Part shown: positions 46,231 to 58,395 of the stretch, one piece after another
How the letters are laid out: each line of letters begins with the position of its first letter
Position numbering within the stretch: the stretch's first letter is position 1
From: Squalus acanthias
Lineage: Eukaryota
DNA length: 64,000 bases
Direction: 5' to 3'
Assembly: GCA_030390025.1 (NCBI GenBank)
Contig: CM059431.1
Coordinates: 129,148,001 to 129,212,000 of the forward strand
Position numbers and translations under genes: made by a program
Notes under the pieces: generated by a model
What the model saw: the letters and a program-made list of their open reading frames with translations, nothing else
The model's database searches: none
Told to the model about the DNA's origin: nothing

Positions 46231-49200
46231 CGGGCTAGGAATTCATTAGAGCCAAGGAATGGGCGGTGACTGTAGAAAAGTTGGAGAATTAGCACCAGGC
46301 ACTAATGATATAGACTGCACGCAAAATTCGTGCTCACTGCTCAAAAAACTGCCCAAGCTCATTGGCATTAGACTTAAAGGGTAGACCAATATCAGGTGCA
46401 GTCTAATCACAAGTCATGATTGCCACAGGCTTTTTTCAGTACTTAAAAGGGAGGTTCATTGATGCTGCAGAACCTCATTCTCAGCATACAATAGCAAAAT
46501 ACTGCGGATGCTGGAAACCTGAAATAACAACAGAAAATGCTGGAAAGACTCAGCAGGTCAGGCATCATCCATGGAGAGAGCATTGCTGGCTGTGCAGTTG
46601 CCTCAGCAAGCAGAAGCAGGACAAGGAGAAGGAGCTGGAGGACTGAACCAGGTGTACTCATGGCAGAGCCACGCCCCAGGGAGAGAGCCTGAAGATTCTG
46701 CAATGAAACATTGGAGGCATTGGTTTTCGCTGTGGAGAGACGGAGGGTGGTGCTCTACTCGGCAAGTGGCAGGAAGCCCTCGCCACAAGTCTTCCGCACC
46801 ATTTGGAAGGAGGTAGCGCAGCACATCTCGGGAAGCACTGTGACCTCCAGGACCCACACATAGTGCGGGAAGAAATTTAACAACCTCACTCAGGTGGTCA
46901 GGGTGAGTGAATGCTTCAACAAATGCTACATACCACCATCTGAACCACACTCTTCACACACTGCCCAAAGCACCACACCCTCAGCACTCACCCACCAACA
47001 ATCTCTACCTACCAACACTCACACCCAAATCTCACACCTTGCACACAAATATGACAGCTATTTAACTATGGGAGGCACATCACCCAAACACATTGCTCCA
47101 CACTCACTAACACATTTTCCTTTCTCTTGCAGGCCAAGGTGGCTCACAACAGGAGGGAGCAGGCGTTCACAGGTGGGGGACAAGCCGACACCCAACCACT
47201 GTCTGAGCTGGAGAATCGAGTGCTGCAGATTATTGGGCGCCAGATGGTGGGCGCCTTGGCCACCGGTGCCGCTGATCCCCTTGGGGACAACAACAGTATG
47301 TTCATCCCTACTCCTTCTTCTCACATCCCACATCCCCCTCACCCCACAAGCGTTTCGCTCTCTCCAGCTAATCATGCTGTATGTATGCATTTCTCCCTTC
47401 CTGCCCCCCTCCCCTCAGCTTAACCTGACTCTTGTGCCTTTATGCTTTCAGATAATCAGCAAGCACCTGAGCAGCCTGCCCCTGAGGGCACTGTTGAGAG
47501 CGATGCAGGAGAAGAGGAGGAGGAAGAACACATCGTGTCACTGCATGTCTTACCTGCAGGCACCAGCTCAGATATTGGCACTACGTGTTCTTTAGAGGCT
47601 AGTATAGCAGCAAGATCTGCACAGGAAGAGGCACCGGGGATAAGTGGGCTGCAGCAAGGCCAGGGCGAAAGGGTAGCTCGGGGGCCAGCTCGCTGGGACT
47701 CAGATGAGGACCTCGATGGGGAGGCGTTTAGAAGAAGGGTGATGGGCATGCACACGAAGATGATAGTTGCAATGGCAGGGGTGCGCGAGAGCCTCCCGGC
47801 AATGGTAATGAGCATGGAGGAGTCCGCCTCCAACACTGCACAATGCTCTGCACACACCATGGAGCCCATCATTTCCAGTCTGCAAAGGATGGCAGACTCC
47901 CAGAGAGACCGTGGCGAACCAGACCTGATGCCGCATGTGATGGGTGATCTGGCAGTTTCCATTGCAGTACAGGCAGAAGCGACGCAACGTCTTAGCGCTG
48001 TAATGCAGTCTATGTTTGGTGGCATCCAATCTCAGACTGCTCTCATGCAGTCTCTGCTTGATGCTATGCAAGCTCTGATTGCTGCCATCACGGCTGGGTC
48101 TACCACCATTGACCGGTGTCGCAGCAGGCCAGCAATCTGTGCTCCAACAGATTCCTAGGAATGCTGAGGTGCTGTCCTGGGGGAGTGGCAGTGGGTCAGT
48201 GGAGCAGGAACCTGCTGTCCTCTCTCAGGATGACAGCATTCCTGCTCCCACCACTGCCACTCCGCCATTGCCCTTGTCGCTGCCTGTCATCCAGCCAGCC
48301 CAGACTGCTGCCGCCCATGCTGAGGTGGTGCAGTCTACAGCCGGGCCATCCAGGCCCAGAGCTGTTCGAGGGCGTCCTGCAAGGCCATCTGAAGTCTCCC
48401 ACACAGACATTCAGCAGCCTTCCACCAGCCTTGCTGCAGCCACTGGGTCAACACTTTGTAGGAGCACTAGAGTAGGCAAAAGCACAGTAACGAGAAGCAC
48501 TAAGGGATTGCTCAAGGGTGAATAGTTAATATTTTTGGTGTAAATATGTGTTCACTGCTTTTTCATAAATTTATTAATTCACTAATCATTTTTTTATGGT
48601 GTCTGTCATTTCAGCTTTGCGTTGTGAACAGCCTGCGAGAGGGATGGAATGATGGGGATGTGGTGAGCAAAGGGGATGTGGGCTTTAAGTCATCCTGCTG
48701 TGAGGCTGGAGGTCTGTTTGGAGGAAGTGACAGAGTTCTGTGACCTCACTTCATTAAAGGTAGGAGAAGTGCTCTCAGCATCTCCTCGGAGGGTAAGGCC
48801 TCCAGATGAGAGCCCTGATGTCCCTCCTCATCTCTTTCACACACATGTTACCTTTTTTATCGCTGCCTACGCCATAGATCCTGAAGGGCAAGGTGGCATG
48901 CCAGTACAGCCCCCATTAATGTTCCCAAGTGTAGCAGTTTGATTTTTTGAAGAATAAATGTAGCACTTTTTAGTTGCCATAACACTCCTGATACAAAAGA
49001 ACCTTGAAATTATTGAATCAAACTGTTGGTGTATGTGAAACTAACAAGAAAGCACTGAAACTGCACCTACTGAAACAGCTGCAAGTCATTACTGATGATC
49101 CCTTTAAATAACGTTCCTGGAGCCGGATTCCTGGTGCTTCATGCCAGCTCTCCCAGTTTACTCCAAGCACTAAGGTAGGTGGTGACAATCAATTTAGCAG

Positions 49201-49351
49201 ATCGAGCTGTTAGTGAGTGTTGCACACTCACTGACATCACGATCCACCTAGCGTTGACTTTCCCGCCTCGCCCTGGCAATACTGGTCTAGCGCCCCATTA
49301 GTGTCATCTGCTGGCACTAACAGGAGGCACTAAGGGGACGAATTTTTCCTC
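46231..49351. mobile_element. PIF/Harbinger transposon H3, with the transposase catalytic core deleted
   Basis: Right end is homologous to the H2 right end (agcgcccc-ttag...aatttttcc). Full 3-exon Myb-like gene. Only the transposase N-terminus survives (~48695-48916, minus strand). Confidence 0.8.
46660..48525 (+). pseudogene. Harbinger Myb/SANT-like gene, 3 exons (46660-46902, 47133-47295, 47452-48525)
   Basis: MAEPRPRERA*RFCNETLEALV...RTHT*CGKKFNNLTQVVR followed by GTGAGT. Homologous to the H2 gene with identical intron positions. Carries stops and a frameshift. Confidence 0.85.
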
Positions 49352-49404
49352 TGAGTTTTACTGTACTTGTTCCTTATGCCTCCTCCTCTTTCCCTTGTGG
49401 AAAG

Positions 49405-51102
49405 TGTAAGGTGTTCGGTGTCGTGCTTGTATCGCAGACGGTGCTGGTGCGGGGTTAGGCCTTCGTTGCCTAATGCTATTGCTTGCTCTGGTCTCCGGCC
49501 AGCCTTGTTGCAATAAGCACCTGTGAGTGGTTCGACCCACTCGCCCTTACGGTTCTAACACTGGACTTAGGTGCGAGAGCAGTAATGCAGAGAAAAACTC
49601 AAATAGACCCGGTTGAATAGTACGAAATGGAAATCTTTATTGCATAGCATCCAAAATCATGAAGTACATGTCATAGGCACAAATTAACGATAGTACAAGT
49701 ATACATACATTCATAAAGCTTGGTCTATGGTAATGAAGAACGCACGGCACATCGTAAAAAGGGGAACACATTATACTTTATCCTTAATAAAAACCACCCT
49801 CCCCTATTAATACCTACACTACATCTAGATTTGTAGGATCGGGAAACATGCTCACCACTCGTGATACTTCGGAGAATTTTAAAGTGAGGCACTCGGCTCA
49901 TTTCGCTGTAGCGCCTGACTGTCACGTGTTTTGAGGGGTCTCTGTACCCCACTTGTTTACTTTCGCTGCTGCTGCAAGCAGGCTGGGCTCCCCGTTGTCA
50001 TGAAGAACTCGACAGTGCTCGGGCCCGGCTGTAGAACTCAAAGAAAAGTCTTCCTGGACCGACACCAGTTACTGGTAGAATTCAAAGAAGAATCTTCTTG
50101 TATCAACACCGGTTGTCGATAGAATTCGAAGAAGAGTCTTTCACTGGTTCGTGCAGCAACCTATAGAGTTCAAAAATGGTCTATATATTTTCAGGCGCGG
50201 TCGGGGTTTACTGACCGCGGCGGCACGTGGACTCTTCTTCTTCTCCTCTCATCTTGTCTTGTCTTGTCTTGTTGGGCCTTCGGGTCCAGAACACCGTTTA
50301 CCGACACTCGGGATGGTGCACCCGGTTACGCGCCCTCCGTCGAGGCGGCTCGTCCCGATTGAGCTCCACCCAACATTAGTCGACAGAGTCCAGAGAAACA
50401 CCGAAGGCTGCTCGTCCAGCAGAACGATACCCGAGGATAAGGATAGGAGAGATAAGAGCCGAATCAAGGGAATAAGAGAATAAGAGCGATGGACATTTGT
50501 TGTCTATAGTTATAGTGCTGTGTTCCCTTATCTCCCGCTCAAATCTTAATGTTTGTCCTTTGTGAAATATTGGCGCTCAAAAACTCCCAGCATGGGGTGA
50601 TTCTTGTCTTTAACGGGTTTCGGTAGCACCTGAGACTGGCCAACTACCCGTTAATGTTTTCCCCATTGTTGAACCGGCTAGGAGTCTCCCTGACTGGTTT
50701 TGGGGCCTCCTCGAATACTGACTTAATCACCCGTGAATGGCTCTCTCATTGTAGAGCCGTGGGGGTATATGTGTATTGCTGTGTCTGGATGGGCCTTCGA
50801 TTGCCCAGTACAAAGGTCCTTACTTGTGCATGGAAAACGATTCCAGCACTTATATCTTTTGCTATTGTCACAAATGCAAACAGGTTGCATCCTGTCTTTA
50901 TCAGTGCTTATCGAAAATGTTTATTCGAACGCCATCTTGTCTGCCCACTGTGCTTCTGGAAACTTCTGCCACGATGCGCGATGGCCATTTTACAGGCTTC
51001 TGTGTCCTGTTTAATCATGACAGCATTTTGTTTAAATAAACTGATCAAACGAATCTGCTTCTATCTCGTTATTTCGAATCGCGATAATTGCGAAACTTTA
51101 CA
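49405..51102 (-). mobile_element. Solo LTR, family B (1698 bp)
   Basis: TGTAAG...TTTACA termini. 4-bp TSD AAAG (49401-49404, 51103-51106). Minus-strand CCAAT (50573-50569), TATA-like motif (50514-50505) and AATAAA (49641-49636). Orientation is tentative. Confidence 0.85.
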
Positions 51103-52523
51103 AAAGTCAGCCACTTCCCTTCATCTTCTTCACTATGCAAAGCATACATACACCTTTGTAATGGTACCACTTAGAGGAATTACAAGGTTTGGTGTCACAT
51201 GCCACCTCGCCCTCCAGGATCTATGGCAGAGGCAGCAAGAAATACGGTAACATGTGTGCAAAGAGATGATGCACTGGAATAGGGCTAACTTCAATCGGAT
51301 GTGAAAGGATCTAGCCAGGGTAAAATGGAACCAAAGACTGACAGGAAAAACTGTAACGGAACAATGGATGATCTTTAAGGAGGAGATGTTCCAAGTACAG
51401 GCTAGGTACATTCCAACAAGAGGGAAGGGTAAGAGAACCAAAGCAAGGGCTACTTGGATGACAAGGGAGATAGAGAAGATGATGAAACAAAAAAAGAGGG
51501 TGTATGATGCATGTCAGGTGAATTCTTCAAGGGAGAACCAGACCAAATACAATAAGTTGAGAGGGGAAGTGAAGATGAAAATAAGATTGGCAAAGAGAGA
51601 ATGTGAGAGTAGAATGGCGGTTAACATAAAAGGGAACACAAAAATCTTCTACCGGCATGTAAACAGTAAGCAGGAAGTAAGAGGCGGGGTGGGGCCTACT
51701 AGGAACAAAGAAGGTGATATATGCTTAGAGGCGCAGGGCAAGGCTAGGATACTCAATGAGTACTTTGTGTCGGTGTTTACTAAGGAGGTGGATGCTGACA
51801 AAATATCGGTAGAAGTGGAAAAGGTAGAAGCAATGAAAGGGGTGAAAATTGATAGACAGGATGTACTAGAAAGGCTGGGTATGCTTAGAGTGGATAAGTC
51901 ACCTGGTCCAGATGGCTTGCACCCCAGGTTACTAAGGGAATTGGGGGAGGAGATAGCGGAAGCGCTTGCCATAATTTTCCAATCTTCCATAGATGAGGAG
52001 GAGGTGCCTGAGGATTGGAAAGTAGCAAATGTGACACCATTGTTCAAGAAAGGGTGTAAGGACAATCCTCGAAACTACAGGCCAGTCAGTTTAACATCAG
52101 TGGTGGGTAAAATTTTAGAAATAATAATCAAGGAAAAAATTAACAGGCACTTGAAGAGGTTTAAGCTAATTATGGAGAGCCAACACCGATTTGTAAAAGG
52201 CGGATCATGATTGACTAATCTAATTGAATTTTTTGACGTAACAGGGGGGATTGATGAAGGGAATGCAATGGATGTTGTCTACATGGATTTTAGGAAGGTG
52301 TTTGACAAAGTACCACATAAAAGGCTGGTTAACAAAATTGAGGCTCATGGAGGTGGGTCAGTGGCAGCTTGGATAAGGAATTAACTTAAGGAAAGAAAAC
52401 AGTGAGTTGTGGTAAATGGCTGTTTTTCAGACTGCAGGATGGTAGACAGTGGTGTTCCCCAAGGGTCAGTGCTGGGGCCACTGCTTTTTGTGATATATAT
52501 AAATGACCTGGATATTGGAATAT

Positions 52524-52683
52524 ATAGAAACATAGAAACATAGAAGATAGGAGCAAGAGTAGGCCATTCGGCCCCTCGAGCCTGCTCCACCATTTAATGA
52601 GATCATGGCTGATCATCCAAATTCAGTACCCTGTCCCTGCTTTCTCCCCATATCCCTTGATCCCTTTAGCCTTAAGAAATATA
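52524..52683 (-). mobile_element. Very short CR1 3'-end insertion
   Basis: (CATAGAAA)n tail and 3'UTR of the same subfamily as 629-1219 and 53558-55265. Confidence 0.85.
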
Positions 52684-53557
52684 GAACAGAATATATATAA
52701 TACAGAATAGGATTTCTAAATTTGCCAATGACACCAAACTTGGGGGTGTGGCAAACAGTGAGGATGATACCAATCGACTGCAACAGGACATAGAAAGGCT
52801 AGCAGAATGGGCAGACAAGTGGCAGATGGAATTTAATAGAGAAAAGTGTGAGGTGATGCATTTTGGCAGAAGGAACAGGGAGAGGCAATATACACTTAAT
52901 GGCACAGTTTTAAAGAGTGTGCAGGGACAGAGGGACCTGGGAGTTAATGTGCATAGGTCCCTGAAGGTGGCAGGACATATTGAGAGAGTGGTTAGCAAAG
53001 CATATGGGATCTTGGGCTTCATAAATAGAGGTATTGAGTACAAAAGTAGAGAAGTTATGCTGAACCTTTATAAAGCGCTGGTTAGGACACAACTGGAGTA
53101 TTGCATCCAGTTCTGGTCACTACACTTTAGGAAGGATGTGAAGGCCCTTGAGAGGGTGCAGAGGAGATTTACCAGAATGGTTCCGGGGATGGGGGATCTT
53201 AGCTACAAGGACAGGTTGGTAAAGCTGAATTTGTTTTCATTTGAGTAACGGAGGTTGAGGGGTGATTTGATAGAGATGTACAAGATTATGACGGGTTTGG
53301 ATAGGCTGGACGGGGAAAGGCTGTTCCCACTAGTTGATGGTACAAGGTCTAGGGGACACAGATTTAAGGTTTTGGGCAAGAGATACGGAGGGATGTGAGG
53401 AAAAACTTTTTTACGCAGCGAGCGGTGAGGAACTAGAACTCGCTGCCGACGGAAGTGGTGGAAGCGGAAACACTCAATATTTTCAAGGGAAGACTGGATA
53501 GGCACTTGAGGGAAATAAACTTGCAGGGCTATGGAGATGGAGCGGGGGAATGGGACT

Positions 53558-55265
53558 AGAAACATAGAAACATAGAAGATAGGAGCAGGAGCAGGCCATT
53601 CAGCCCCTCGAGCCTGCTCCACCATTTAATGAGATCATGGCTGATGATCCAAATTCAGTACCCTGTCCCTGCCTTCTCTCCATATCCCTTGATCCCTTTA
53701 GAAATATATCTAACTCGTTCTTGAATATATTTAATGAATTGGCCTCTACTGCCTTCTGTGGTAGAGAATTCCACAGGTTCACCACTCTCTGGGTGAAGAA
53801 ATTCCTCCTTATCTCAGTCCTAAATGGCTTACCCCTTATCCTTAGACTGTGACCCCTGGTTCTGGACTCCCCGGCCATCAGGAACATCCTTCCTGCATCT
53901 AGTCTGTCTATTCCTGTTAGAATTTTATAAGTTTCAATGAGATCCCCTCTTATTCTTCTAAACTCCAGCAAGTATAAGCCCAATCGACCCAATCTCTCCT
54001 CATACATCATTCCTGCCATCCCAGGTATCAGCCTGGTGAATCTTCACTGCACTCCCTCCATGGCAAGAACATCCTTCCTCAGATAAGGCGACCAAAACGG
54101 CACACAATACTCAAGGTGTGGTCTCACCAAGGCCTTGTACAACTGCAGCAAGACATCCTTGTTCCTGTACTCAAACCCTTTCGCTACGAAGGCCAACATA
54201 CCATTTGCCTTCTTAACCGCCTGCTGCACCTGCATGCTTACCTTCAGCGACTGTTGCACAAGGACACCCAGGTCTCGTTGCACTTCCCCTTCTCCCAATC
54301 TATTGCCATTCAGATAATAATCTGCCTTCCTGTTTTTGACACCAAAGTGGATAACCTCGCATTTATCCACATTATATTGCATCTGCCATGCTTCTGCCCA
54401 ATCACCCAACCTGTCCAAATCATACTGGAGTTTCTCGGCAGCCTCCTCACAGCACACACGCCCACCCAGCTTTGTGTCATCTGCAAACTTGGAGATATTA
54501 CATCCAATCCCCTCATCTAGATCATTAATATATATTGTGAATAGCTGGGGTCCTAGGACCGATCCCTGCGGTACCCCACTAGTCACTGCCTGCCAGTCGG
54601 AAAAAGACCCATTTATTCCAACTCTTTGCTTTCTGTCTGCCAACCAGTTCTCTATCCAAGTCAATACCTTGCCCCCAATCCCATGTGCCTTAACTTTACA
54701 CGCTAATCTCTTATGCGGGACCTTATAGAAAGCCTTCTGAAAGTCCAAATACATCACATCCACTGGTTCTCCCTTATCTATTCTACCAGTTACATCCTCA
54801 AAAAATTCCAGTAGATTAGTCAAGCACGATTCACCTTTTGTAAATCCATGTTGACTTTGTCCGATCCTGTCACTGTTTTCCAAGTGCTCTGCTATTACAT
54901 CTTTTATAATGGACTCTAGCATTTTCCCCACTACCGATGTCAGACTTACCGGTCTATAATTCCCCGTTTTCTCTCTACCACCTTTTTTGAATAGTGGGGT
55001 AACATTAGCTACCCTCCAATCCATGAGTACTGTTCCAGAGTCTATAGAATTTTGGAAGATGACCAGCAATGCATCTACTATTTCTAGGGCCACTTCCTTA
55101 AGTACCCTAGGATGTAGATTATCAGGCCCTGGGGATTTATCGGCCTTCAATCCCGTCAATTTCCCTAACACTATTTCCCTACAAATACTGATTTCTTTCA
55201 GTTCCTCCCTCTCAGTAGACCCTCTGTTCCCCGACATCTCTGGGAGGTTATTTGTGTCATCCTTT
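53558..55265 (-). mobile_element. 5'-truncated CR1 LINE
   Basis: ORFs 54044-55285 and 53600-54019 (RT with few lesions). Inserted in the 3'UTR of the host CR1 with an apparent GACT duplication. Confidence 0.92.
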
Positions 55266-57121
55266 GACTGACTGGATCGCTCCACAGAGAGCCGGCACAG
55301 ACTCGATAGGCCGAATAGCCTCCTTCTGTGCCGTTATGACTCTGTGACTCTATGTCACACACAATCTTTAGCATAAAACACACTAATGACAGTTGCATAC
55401 CACACAATTAATTTAATACATGCATTACACATAAATTGAACATTGTGATGAGTAGTTATATGCCATTGGTTAGGTAAATGTTGGAGTGCAGCAAAATATA
55501 TCAATAGATAGTATTTGAGGAGCTGCACAGAAAACGTAGGTGGAAATAGTTTTCAGAAGGGGGGTTTGCAAATGTGAATGACTGGTTTAAGGAGCTGGGC
55601 AGGTCTGGTTATCATTTGAAATTAAGATGGCATCTTGAATTAAGATGGTTTGAAAGCTGAATGTAGGCTCAGTAAACACTCCCCGGGCATCCTGGCTACT
55701 GTTATAATGATTTATCTATGTTATTAAAATCTTGGCTGTTTATTAAGCAAGTGCAGTCATGCTTTTAAAATTCAAATTTACAAATGAATGCACCTATGAC
55801 ACATCAATGCTGTCTGATGTTTGAATAAACATAGTTACTGTTTTAAAACCCTGATATTACCTCAATGCCTGCACCATTTTGGTAGTGTTATATGGCACTG
55901 ACTGGTTTGACATAGGAACAACTTTTAAATGAGAAATTACATGTGTACATAAAATACATGAGCAAAGCTCTGCTTACTGGTCTCTAATTGCTTGTGAAAT
56001 TTGTGATAGAGATCACAGTAAGATCCTTGCAGTCGCTGCAGTTATATTACCATTCATTATATCTCTAATTTAATGTTCAGTAGCTATGACTGGATAACTA
56101 TTAAACATGATAATGGAAGTATAGATGTCGATGTTTGTAACAACTGAAGTTTTCAGAATAAAACACAAGAACAACCTGCTATCTCTTTATTCCTATGAAG
56201 TTTCCTGCTCTATGGTACTGCATTTATCTAGATTTCACAGCCAGTTTTTGCTAACCAAAATGGTATTTCCCCAGTAATTGAAAAGTTAAATGTCCAGTAC
56301 ATCTATGTGGAGGATTAGGAACCAAAAATTCCACCTGGATGAGTGGATGCAGCAAGATTTATACACTAAACAAGCTCACTTCCTTCCACTTACTAGGAAA
56401 ATAAAAATGGTGGTGTGAGCAAATTTAGTGACAAATCAGCCATCATATCCATTTAACCAAAATAACAAGCATGGTTTATAATTAATTACTAGTCAACTAT
56501 CCCAGCATGTTCATGTACAAATAAAACTATTTTTTTTCTTGTAACTGTGCCTCTGCTCCTCTCAACTCTCTAATTCTTTCTGTCTTCCTCTTTCTTTCTG
56601 TGTCCCTCTACTTCAATCTCACTTTCTGTATCATTATTACATGCTTTCTTTCATTGTTGTCACATGTTTTTCTCCCCCTCTCAGTCAATGTATAATTTTC
56701 TCTTTCTCTCTGTCTCTTTTCTCTTATATCTCACAATCTCTGTACTTTTTACAGTTTCCCCCTCTCTCTTTCTGTTTCTTTCTCCCTCCCTTCCTCCTCA
56801 CCTCCTGCAGAAACATTGAAACCAGAATCAGGGTTGTGGTTTTGTTACATAAATTATTAAGTCTCTCTGAGTAAGTGAGAGGGAAGATATGAGAGACCAG
56901 AGCACAGACCTGGAGAGTGAGGAACGTTGGGGTGAAGGTGGGAGGTGTGGGGAGGCAGCAGCTTAAACCAGGAGAAGCAAGAAGCTAGGGCACTCACAAA
57001 TTCACACCAGCACACTCACGAACATATTCACATACATGCGCATACTACTAACACTCACAGTGATGCTATCATATACACATTCATAACAAAACATATGTTC
57101 ACATTCAAACTTATTCACTAG

Positions 57122-57790
57122 CTTACCCTCACCATTTGCAGCTTGTGAGTTAGAAGAGATTGTGAGATGAGGGAGAAGTGGGAAGAGAGAAGGAGGATTA
57201 GGAGTGCAGAGATCCTCATCATCCATCCCTCCAGTGGCGCCAGTGGCCTCAGCCTCAGCGATGTCCCTTCCCATGATGGCCAGCACTGTCTCCTCCATGG
57301 GGGTTAACACATGCAGGCACACATCTCCCCTGCCAGTTCTTTCCTGTTGCCTGCTGTTATGCACCACCTTCTCCTGCAAGAAAAGGGGAAGTGTGTCAGT
57401 GAGTGTCCTGCAATATGTTTGGCTGATGTGGCTGTCGTGGTTGAATAGCTGCCATTGTGTGTGAGTTGTGGGTGTGAGGCTTGCAACAGTGCTAAGTATG
57501 TGAGGGTGAAATAAAGCATATGAATTGTAGAGTCGAGTACTGATTGATAGAGATGGTTGGTAGGTGAGTGATGGGGGTGCAGTGAATTGAGAAGTGGATG
57601 AGGCTAGTGGTGCAGTTGGTAGGATATGGCATTTGAAGATGAACTCACTCACCTTAACAACTCGTGTGAGATCATTAAACTTGTTCCTGCACTGTATCCA
57701 TGTTCTTGGAACTATACTCCTGGCATTGACCTCTGCTGTTACTTCCTCCCACTGTCTCCTGAGCATATGTCAGGATGTCCCTCCTTCTGT
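57122..57790 (-). pseudogene. Harbinger Myb/SANT-like gene fragment (exons 1-2)
   Basis: LRRQWEEVTAEVNARSIVPRTWIQCRNKFNDLTRVVK followed by GTGAGT, an intron, then CAG|EKVVHNSRQQERTG...LTPMEETVLAIMG. Confidence 0.8.
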
Positions 57791-57984
57791 CCACTCTTGC
57801 ACGTTCAGCTGTTTCCTCAAATTATCACAGCACAGATTCACTTTTCAATGACTCCCACCACTTCCGCCAGGTATACTGGCATTTTCAGGTTGTCGGTGCA
57901 AATTGGTTTCAGTTACGTAAAAAGTGGCAAAGTAACTTGAGTATCAGATTCCCTTATAACTCCTGAGTGCAGTTAAGCTAAATT

Positions 57985-58392
57985 GCTGTTTGTGGGACCT
58001 TGCGTTGTGCAAATTGGCTGCCGCGTTTCCTGCATTACAACAGTGACCACACTTCAAAAGTTCTTCATTAGCTGTAAATCGTCCTGAGGTCGTAAAAGGC
58101 ACCATATAAATCCAAGTTTTTATTTCTTTGTTTTGTTTCTTTAAAAGTGCCCATTGCAATCTCATCTGACAACTTGCTTTGATGCATATACAGAGCTCAG
58201 TTATTGCTTACTATAACAGGGGCACTGACTTGGATCTGACTGGCACCTCAAATGGCTGTTAAAAAAACATAACAGATCCTTGGGATAAGGGATTACTACA
58301 GTGACTACACTTCAAAAGTACTTCATTGGCTGTAAAGTGCTTTTAGACGTTTGGTGGTCATGTAAGGCGCTATATAAATGCAAGTCTTTCTT
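57985..58392 (+). mobile_element. Two DeuSINE 3' fragments (~57985-58115 and ~58292-58392)
   Basis: ttgctgtttgtgggaccttgc...aaattggctgccgcgtttcc and acagtgactacacttcaaaagtacttcattggctgtaaag match the 16703-17150 element. Confidence 0.75.
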
Positions 58393-58395
58393 TCT

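Larger units (their letters stand above)
51255..55352 (+). mobile_element. CR1 LINE (linker, RT and 3'UTR) hosting two antisense CR1 insertions
   Basis: ORF pieces 51368-52210 (KSPGPDGLHPR, NYRPVSLTS) and 52748-53248. The 3'UTR is interrupted at 53557 and resumes at ~55266, ending gactctgtgactctat. Confidence 0.88.

Noticed and set aside
50032..50184. CRISPR-like repeat/spacer pattern (21-bp repeat, 23-bp spacer)
   Set aside because: Only 3-4 degenerate units, the first two spacers are related to each other, it lies inside a vertebrate LTR, and there are no cas genes.
50654..51250. 198-aa ORF overlapping LTR B
   Set aside because: It crosses the LTR boundary into flanking DNA and has no recognisable domain, so it is probably chance.
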